Part shown: positions 57,322 through 64,000 of the stretch, in pieces | How the letters are laid out: the number at the start of each line of letters is the position of its first letter | Position numbering within the stretch: the stretch's first letter is position 1 | IMG/VR virus record: IMGVR_UViG_3300048587_001155 | Coordinates: 12,534-76,533 of that record | Length of the DNA stretch: 64,000 nucleotides | Strand: one strand, 5' to 3' | Origin: a virus | Notes under the pieces: model-generated | Seen by the model: only the letters and a program-made list of their open reading frames with translations | Databases searched by the model: none | What the model was told of the DNA's origin: nothing | Position numbers and translations under genes: made by a program

Positions 57322-57350
57322 AAAATCTAGTGCAATTCGAACTAGATTTT
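57322..57350. repeat. Perfect 10-bp inverted repeat AAAATCTAGT-N9-ACTAGATTTT
   Basis: AT-rich dyad upstream of the recombinase pair. Confidence 0.75.
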
Positions 57351-57695
57351 ATTTGCAAAGACACTGGGCCCGATATACGGATATGAAAGCGGCCCAGCGA
57401 AGAGATGACAGCTCTCCGCTGGACCTGACCGTTCGAAACCGTACCGACTGAGGGTCCGGCCCCGTGGCTGCACGCCTTTTTACCAGTCTGCGCGCTGGCT
57501 ATCCATCCCAAGATGCCGACTTCCCTTCAGCGGTTTCGCATGCGCGGTCTTTTCCAGTATTTCGAGCCGGTTTTGCGATGTCTTCCAAGAATCGTTCACT
57601 TCGATTTTTGCACGTGAGACGTGATCCGGGCTCGTTCCTTGATGGTCCAGTTTCGGGACCCTTCATGCATCCGATCGAATCGAAAGGGAAACGCC

Positions 57696-58949
57696 ATGGC
57701 AGTTGAGATGGGAAACCGTTCCCAGCGGAAAGACCTGACGCTATTCGAGTTCATCGATGAATATTGCCGCGGCACGCGGCTTCTCGGTAAATCGCCGAGC
57801 ACGTACTCGCAACTACTCAAAACCTTGGCACGCATTGAGGAAATGCTCGGGCGCACCTCGACGGTGCGGGATCTCGGCAACGAGTTGGTGTCCCGCTACA
57901 AGATCTTCCTCAAGGCAAGGGGAAACGCAGCGAGCACCATTCGACGCGCCGCATTTGAACTTAAACGGATTTGGAGTTGGGCATTTATTCAGGGATTCAC
58001 CCTGGCCGATCCGAAGGACGATGGCGTTCCTTGTGAGACGTCTGCATCAATGCCGCTCTTGAAGTTCTATCGGAAGATTTACGTTCCCCAGCGTCTCATA
58101 ACGGCGAGTCTCCACACACGCACGGCTTACGAAACCATCATCGGACGGCTCAACCGAACATGGGGACGGCCTGTGCTGCTCGCAGATTTGTCGCGAGAGT
58201 TCCAACGAACGATGATCCAAGAAATGACGAGTAATGGGCTTTCGCCAGGCACGATCAAGAGCACGATGGTCAGCCTTCGCTGCATATGGCGAGAAGCGGT
58301 CGAGGAGGGAATCATCACGACGTTGCCGCCTCGCCTCGGCATCAAAGAGATTATCCGGATTAAACCAGCTTGGAATGTTCAGCAGGTTGGCAAGATCCTT
58401 CAATCGGCCGCGCAGGAGTGCGGCGAGATCGAGGGAATTCCTGCCGGGACATGGTGGGTCGCTTTGCTTTTGGTTTGCTATGACTGCGGAGCTCGCAAGC
58501 GGGTCATCATGCGGACGCCGCTCTCAAGTGTGATGTGGGACGATTGCGCCATCCATTTCCCTGGCGAACTTCAGAAACAACGACGCGATCAATATTCGGC
58601 CGTCAGTCAACGAACGATGGAGATCCTCAAAGGAATTCGCGATCCCGATCGTTCGCTTTTATTTCCTTGGCCCTTCGACAAAGGGAATCGAACGACATTT
58701 CCGGCGCTCGATCGAAAATTCAAGGAGATCCTGAGCCGCGCAGATATCGGTTGGAAGCCGAGTGATTGGCGAAATGGCTTGTTCCATCGATTGCGAAGGA
58801 CACGAGCATCGTATGGCGAGCGAGCAATTCCGGGATCGGCGACCGAGGATCTCGGCCATTCTTCGCGGGCAGTGACACAGCGCTATCTCGATCCCTCAAT
58901 CGTTGGCTGCCATCGAACGGTCGATCACATCCCGCGGCCGGAATTCTGA
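57696..58949 (+). CDS. Tyrosine recombinase with two core-binding domains
   Basis: CGARK, QK, FHRLRR, LGHS, RY: catalytic R-K-H-R-H-Y present. Confidence 0.88.
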   Translation: MAVEMGNRSQRKDLTLFEFIDEYCRGTRLLGKSPSTYSQLLKTLARIEEMLGRTSTVRDLGNELVSRYKIFLKARGNAASTIRRAAFELKRIWSWAFIQGFTLADPKDDGVPCETSASMPLLKFYRKIYVPQRLITASLHTRTAYETIIGRLNRTWGRPVLLADLSREFQRTMIQEMTSNGLSPGTIKSTMVSLRCIWREAVEEGIITTLPPRLGIKEIIRIKPAWNVQQVGKILQSAAQECGEIEGIPAGTWWVALLLVCYDCGARKRVIMRTPLSSVMWDDCAIHFPGELQKQRRDQYSAVSQRTMEILKGIRDPDRSLLFPWPFDKGNRTTFPALDRKFKEILSRADIGWKPSDWRNGLFHRLRRTRASYGERAIPGSATEDLGHSSRAVTQRYLDPSIVGCHRTVDHIPRPEF

Positions 58950-59003
58950 TGTTCGTCGCGGCGCAGTTCTCCTTGCTTACGAATCACCCGGAAGGAAACA
59001 GAC

Positions 59004-60764
59004 ATGATCTCGAACACTTTGGCCTCGTCACGACAGTCGACGACAGCAGAGGGATATTCACTAATCGACTTCGCAGACAAGTACTGCCGTCAGCATCGGC
59101 TTTTGGGACGAAAGGCCGGAGCATATCGGCATTACGTACAGACATTGCTCCGCGTGGATGAGATGTTGGAACGATCCGCTTCCATCAGTGATTTGAATCA
59201 AGAATTGGTGGCAAGGTTTAAGTCTTTTCTCAAGGCTCGAGGAAACTCGTTAGTCACGATAAAGAATCGCTGCATAGCACTTCGAAAGATATGGAAGGTC
59301 GCATTCGATCGGCATTTCTCTGATAACGATCCGGCAAGCGAAGGCGTGCCTGTCGAAGTATCGCTCAGATCATTCTTCGAGCGGAAGCTCGTGGGAACAG
59401 CGTTCGCGAAGTCGGCACATCAGATCGCCTCATATCGATGGACCGTTAATACCATCGCGAGGATTCTCGATCGTCCACCGCTTCTTTCCGACTTAAACGC
59501 TGACGTAATGGATCAGATAAAGCATGTACTCCACCACACGAATCTTTCGCCGAGAACCATCAGTAGTCGCATGACGCAGTTTCGCGCACTTTGGGTCGAA
59601 GCATATCGACGTCAATTGGTTTCGAATGAGCCGATTTATGACGGTCGAAGTCGATCAAGCCGCATTACGAATGAATCGAGAGCGGTTCAGCAACCATCAG
59701 TCATTATCGAAGATGAGGCATACTTCGACCGATCTCGAAAGGATCTGCGTTCTCTCGACGACTCATCTATCTCATTGATGCAATACCTTGAGGATCACTA
59801 CGTCCCGGAACGTTTGTTCGCCGCGCGCGAATTGACGATCGAGCAGTATCGTGTTGCGGTCCGCTTCGCGACAAAGGCATTCGGCCGGGAAGTGACGATC
59901 AAAGATTTGTCACCGCAACTAATCGCCGATATCGTCCGATTGGGAACGCAGCTCCGTTTTAGTCGGTCGACAACTAATGGCCGAATACGTCACATAGGAT
60001 GCATTTGGAGACAGGCTCGTCATTCCGGCTTTAGATGTCTCGAACCGTGTCGGACGCGAATTAAAGAGCCCAAGCGATTCAAGACGTGTTGGACGGTCGC
60101 CCAGATCGCGGCCATCTTAAACGCTTGCCTTCAAGAGCAAGGATGGATCGGCGCGGTTCCTGCCGCTGATTGGTGGTTCGCATTCATTCTTTGCATGTAT
60201 GACTCCGGATGCCGGAAACGTGCTCTTCTCCATGTTCCCCGTGAGAATGTCGATCTGACTTACCGCGCCTTTCGTGTTCCTGCTGAGTTTCAAAAGCAGA
60301 ATCGCGACCAATGGTGTGCGGTGAGTGAACAGTGTGTCGAAGCAATCAAGCGAATCTGGAATCCGGAACGCAGATACCTTTTCGAATGGCCGTATGATCA
60401 GTCAGAAGTTTCGCGCATGCGAACGCTTGATACTCGTTTCAAAGTCATTTTGCGTCGCGCTGGATTGAACGCAGACGAGAGGTTGTTTCACCGCATCAGA
60501 AGAAGTCGCGCCACTTACGGCGAGTTAGTGGCGCCTGGAAGTGCCACAGAGGACTTAGGACACCAGAATCGATCGACCACATTAGCTTATCTGGATCCGC
60601 GCGTGATCGGTATATCCCGAGTCGCAGATCAAATACCGCGTCCGAACGTCAATCAATCGATTACCCAAACATCGGATCCCACTATGGGTCGCTCTGTTCC
60701 AGGAAAGTCTGTGGTTGGGCTCAAACAACTCACGAACCAATCCATCACTTCGGAGGTGCAATGA
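59004..60764 (+). CDS. Tyrosine recombinase with three core-binding domains, paralog of the upstream gene
   Basis: SGCRK, QK, FHRIRR, LGHQ, AY. Confidence 0.88.
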   Translation: MISNTLASSRQSTTAEGYSLIDFADKYCRQHRLLGRKAGAYRHYVQTLLRVDEMLERSASISDLNQELVARFKSFLKARGNSLVTIKNRCIALRKIWKVAFDRHFSDNDPASEGVPVEVSLRSFFERKLVGTAFAKSAHQIASYRWTVNTIARILDRPPLLSDLNADVMDQIKHVLHHTNLSPRTISSRMTQFRALWVEAYRRQLVSNEPIYDGRSRSSRITNESRAVQQPSVIIEDEAYFDRSRKDLRSLDDSSISLMQYLEDHYVPERLFAARELTIEQYRVAVRFATKAFGREVTIKDLSPQLIADIVRLGTQLRFSRSTTNGRIRHIGCIWRQARHSGFRCLEPCRTRIKEPKRFKTCWTVAQIAAILNACLQEQGWIGAVPAADWWFAFILCMYDSGCRKRALLHVPRENVDLTYRAFRVPAEFQKQNRDQWCAVSEQCVEAIKRIWNPERRYLFEWPYDQSEVSRMRTLDTRFKVILRRAGLNADERLFHRIRRSRATYGELVAPGSATEDLGHQNRSTTLAYLDPRVIGISRVADQIPRPNVNQSITQTSDPTMGRSVPGKSVVGLKQLTNQSITSEVQ

Positions 60765-61141
60765 TGATCCGTGTATCATTCGATCGTGATCTCTTCAAAA
60801 GCTATGACGAAACCGTGGAACCATTGCCAAGCGAACACCTCTATCATCTTTCCGCGGCTTGTCTGCGCCTCCTGTTATTTCATCATCCGGACTCTTCGGA
60901 CGAGGACAAAAGGTCGAAGTACGACGATATAGATGTTTCGATCGGCGAAACGGCCGCAGCATGTTTTCAGATGGCTGGATACTTCGAAGCGATGGAATTG
61001 GGAAAACCATTGCCGGAAGAGTTCCTTGAGTCGTCGGGCGAATTCATCGTGTACACGGACGCGTCGAAACGATTCCGCGTTGAGCCGATAGCACCGTGGG
61101 AAGAAACTCCCGATCGATTGCGTTCAGGTTCTCCATCGTGA
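60761..61141 (+). CDS. Hypothetical protein
   Basis: SD GGAGGT; ATGA overlap with the recombinase. Confidence 0.65.
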   Translation: MMIRVSFDRDLFKSYDETVEPLPSEHLYHLSAACLRLLLFHHPDSSDEDKRSKYDDIDVSIGETAAACFQMAGYFEAMELGKPLPEEFLESSGEFIVYTDASKRFRVEPIAPWEETPDRLRSGSPS

Positions 61142-61208
61142 AGTTGTTCGATGGTCAGAGTTGTGGGACGAGGATTCTTTCTCCCCGGGAGACATAAAGG
61201 AACGTTCG

Positions 61209-61625
61209 ATGATCACTCAACGAGTCACATTTAACGCAGACAAGATGTTGAAATTATGCAATGCGATACGTAAGGGCTTAACCATTGTCATTGACGATGA
61301 GCAATATGACAGCGACGACATCATGTGTTGCACTTATTCCGTCATGATGCATGATTTCTACTCGAAATACCTGCCTTGGAAATTAGCTAATCGAAAGCCG
61401 ATTCAAGCGGAAGTCGTCGAACATCTAATCCAAACTGAAGGCCATCGACATCATGCGCGCCTTGAAGCTGTCGCCATGGTCCTTCATATTCTTCGTCGAG
61501 ACCGAGCGGAATGGCAAAACAAGCTAACTTCAGACGACGGGGATATAGACCTGCTCGTCAGTGGATATGGCGATGAGCAATCGATCACAAGATATGAAGG
61601 CGAGCAGGTTACTCATGAATGGTAA
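61209..61625 (+). CDS. Hypothetical protein
   Basis: SD AAAGGA. Confidence 0.6.
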   Translation: MITQRVTFNADKMLKLCNAIRKGLTIVIDDEQYDSDDIMCCTYSVMMHDFYSKYLPWKLANRKPIQAEVVEHLIQTEGHRHHARLEAVAMVLHILRRDRAEWQNKLTSDDGDIDLLVSGYGDEQSITRYEGEQVTHEW

Positions 61626-61897
61626 AGCTCGCTCTATCGCCAAGACTTTTGAGTCCCTAATCTTGCAGCCGAGAAGCGGAGAACACGTCGACCTCGGTCT
61701 TACCACGGTGGGCCATTGAAGAAGGAGGTAACCCCATTCGAATCAAATCAGGGCAAGGCGTTCCCTGGTGATGATTCTCCTCTCGCCAGTATGGCGGGGG
61801 GAGGAAGTGGAAGTAGATGAGTTTGAATTCCGATTGTACGCGCGATTTGTGTAACCGTCGTATTGCAATCGGGCAACAGCAGAAAGTGAGATCTTAA

Positions 61898-62266
61898 ATG
61901 GAGAATGTCATCGACCGTTTGAGAAAGTCCAAAGAAGCATCCGCTGAAGAGGATCGCCGGAGTGGAATGGAGGCTGGCACTGAATGGGCAAAGAAAGAGG
62001 CCGAATGGAGATGTCTTGTCGCGCTGAATCTTGAATTTGGTTCTGCGGATGACAGCTTCTGGGACGAGGTCGGCAGCGATTCGGATGTCGCGGAGCGCAT
62101 CGTCAGCGTCTTAGACGATGACGGCTACCGGCCGGATTGGGATCGCGTCAAAGAGTGCTGGGAGGCGATCGCGGGCATCAACGCGGATAAAGTGACGGCA
62201 GCATTTGCCCGTGGGTTCGTCGAAGGAGCGATCGAGATATTCAACACTGTCAAGGACAAGGTTTGA
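61898..62266 (+). CDS. Hypothetical protein
   Basis: 122 aa; G.EAG.EWA and F.RGFVEGA. Confidence 0.65.
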   Translation: MENVIDRLRKSKEASAEEDRRSGMEAGTEWAKKEAEWRCLVALNLEFGSADDSFWDEVGSDSDVAERIVSVLDDDGYRPDWDRVKECWEAIAGINADKVTAAFARGFVEGAIEIFNTVKDKV

Positions 62267-62349
62267 GCCTTGTCCACTTGACCTGCCTGTTGTTCGCAGA
62301 GAGGAGCAGGCAGGCACCTCCTTTAACCTTCAGATGAGATATTTTCGTC

Positions 62350-63417
62350 ATGTCGGATCGAATTCATGTCTGGATTCAGCGGTTCAAAGATCGCCCCAAT
62401 CTGATGTTGCAGTGGATAGACCCTGCCACCGGCCGGCGGCGGTCTAAGTCGACCAAGACATCAGACATGGAGGAGGCTGAACAACAGCGAAGCGATCACG
62501 AGTACGAGCTCAATAACGATTTGTACCATGATCGCTCGAACCTCTCGTGGGAACGATTCAGAGAAATCTATGTCACCGAGAAGTTCGGTGGGGCTCCGCC
62601 CAACACGCTCTCAAAAGTCGAGACGGTATTCGCCGACTTCGATTCGCGTATGAAGCCGAAGAATCTTGGCGCGGTCACTGAAAGAACCTTCAGCGGTTAT
62701 GCCACCAAATTGCGCGAAGCTGGACGAGCTCCGGCTTCCATCCACGGCAACCTGGCATACTTGAAAGCGGCTTTCCGATGGGCGCAAGACCAAGGTCTCA
62801 TCCATCGCATGCCGAAGATCATCATGCCAAAACTTCCGAAAGGAACGAACAAGGTCAAGATTCGAAATGCGTCGCGCATCACTGTTGAAGAATTTGAAAG
62901 GCTTCTTCTCAAGGCTCCGAACAACGGATGGAAGATGCTCATCGCATTCGCTTGGAATTGCGGTATGCGCCGCTGCGAAGCGATGGCTGTCCGCGGCCGA
63001 GATATCGATCTCAAGGCACACACGATCGACATTCCGAAGAATAAGGCGCGCGATGAAGGTGCCACGGTATTCGTAACCCCCGAGCTTGATGCGTTACTTC
63101 GCCTGATGTTCCCTGATGGGGTTCCCGACGGTCCGATTATCCACGGAATTCCCAAGAGCGAAAAGGAAGTCTCACGCGATTTCGTCGACAAGATCTCGAG
63201 CAAGGCGGCAGTGAAGGGGAATAGCAAAGATGGTTGGGCCACCTTACATGATCTGAGGCGCAACTTTGGGAGCCGGTGGATGCTGAAAGTGCCGGCCCAA
63301 GTCCTACGTCGCATGATGCGCCATTCGGACATCAACACGACTTTGGACTTCTATGCCGATGCGGAGAAAGCCGCTATGGAAGTCATTTGGCCGGAGGGGA
63401 ATGAGAAACTGCGCTGA
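62350..63417 (+). CDS. Phage-type integrase (tyrosine recombinase)
   Basis: N-terminal arm-binding QWIDP.TGRRRSKST; CGMRR, KNK, LHDLRR, MRHS, FY. Confidence 0.92.
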   Translation: MSDRIHVWIQRFKDRPNLMLQWIDPATGRRRSKSTKTSDMEEAEQQRSDHEYELNNDLYHDRSNLSWERFREIYVTEKFGGAPPNTLSKVETVFADFDSRMKPKNLGAVTERTFSGYATKLREAGRAPASIHGNLAYLKAAFRWAQDQGLIHRMPKIIMPKLPKGTNKVKIRNASRITVEEFERLLLKAPNNGWKMLIAFAWNCGMRRCEAMAVRGRDIDLKAHTIDIPKNKARDEGATVFVTPELDALLRLMFPDGVPDGPIIHGIPKSEKEVSRDFVDKISSKAAVKGNSKDGWATLHDLRRNFGSRWMLKVPAQVLRRMMRHSDINTTLDFYADAEKAAMEVIWPEGNEKLR

Positions 63418-64000
63418 GGAACAACCGCCCAAATTGGCTGACTTCCTTGCGTAATTCGAACAGAGGTTCGTCGAGATGGTAAATGTGATCGATACTCAAC
63501 AGCCCGACCACCTCAAGGCGACGTTCGACATGTTCAATACGAAAAGATTCGGAGTCCGAGGATCGCACAGATTCCAGAGGATCAGGACGAGTGCTTGCGT
63601 CGAGAAACCACTTCGCGTCGTCTGCACTCAAATCTCGCAAGACTCGGATGAAGATTGGGCTTTGATTGTCAGCATTGGTCGCCGCGCCGGCTAACAACCC
63701 AGCCCAAAGTTCCTGTAGAGTTTCATCCTCCGAATCGCCACACGCATCTAAAAGAGGAATCAGGAAGCCGGCAGGCATCGTTTTCGGGTCAATTACCCTT
63801 CCTTTCAACCGCTTTGCTACTCGGTCAAGAATGCGAATCCGATTCATCAGTCGCCACGCATAAATGTGGTCGCTTAACATCCCTCCCGCAATTCGGCATG
63901 GATTGCCAACGAGTGACTCAAAGAGGTCGAGGCCCGCTTCGACAACAGGTTTCGCCAGCTTAGTGGCTTCGACAATGGCCGCGGTTTTGGATTCGTCCAT
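63383..64000 (-). CDS. Abi-alpha (DUF4393-like) protein; start at the window edge
   Basis: G.ML.D....WR..N, PLL......EDETLQELWAGLL, P.FI.VL..LS..DA. Confidence 0.78.
   Translation of the reverse strand: MDESKTAAIVEATKLAKPVVEAGLDLFESLVGNPCRIAGGMLSDHIYAWRLMNRIRILDRVAKRLKGRVIDPKTMPAGFLIPLLDACGDSEDETLQELWAGLLAGAATNADNQSPIFIRVLRDLSADDAKWFLDASTRPDPLESVRSSDSESFRIEHVERRLEVVGLLSIDHIYHLDEPLFELRKEVSQFGRLFLSAVSHSPPAK

Larger units (their letters stand above)
51400..64000. mobile_element. Satellite/PICI-like integrative module (right end may lie outside the window)
   Basis: Excisionase-like HTH genes, P4-type primase-helicase with iterons, three tyrosine recombinases, Abi-alpha gene, no virion genes. 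Confidence 0.65.

Noticed and set aside
57051-57386. Strong SD followed by MRIEQ-stop and an in-frame 98-aa ORF (readthrough or pseudogene)
   Set aside because: The product has no recognisable features and crosses the dyad; cannot be supported
57696-63417. RIT (recombinase-in-trio) element
   Set aside because: The third recombinase is separated by three genes and is an ordinary arm-binding integrase; no terminal inverted repeats seen

Overview
Accessory DNA with no housekeeping genes, tRNA, rRNA or CRISPR. The host is probably a planctomycete, inferred from a PSCyt1-like cytochrome c and Planctomycete-style attC remnants. There are three blocks. (1) 1-11.7 kb is a defence-island-like region: three degenerate RNase H domains, an operon of adenine methyltransferase / GHKL(MORC)-histidine kinase / receiver / DUF2290-like genes, a DUF4062-like gene, and a two-gene cassette that ends in an attC-like hairpin and is bracketed by a 25-bp direct repeat. 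(2) About 11.7-51.1 kb is a podovirus-type prophage. It has a + strand early block (double HTH, clamp-loader-like ATPase, ArdC, serine resolvase) and a long - strand late block (TerS/TerL, portal, scaffold, capsid, glycosyltransferase, adaptor, nozzle, ejection proteins). Where a lysis cassette would be expected there is a holin-like gene, a full matrix metalloproteinase (MMP)-type zymogen and two exported c-type cytochromes, but no recognisable peptidoglycan hydrolase. (3) About 51.4-64 kb is a satellite/PICI-like or replication-integration module: excisionase-like HTH genes, a P4-type primase-helicase with iterons, two paralogous tyrosine recombinases with reiterated core-binding domains, an integrase and an Abi-alpha gene. 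All family assignments come from motif recognition by eye, not database searches.
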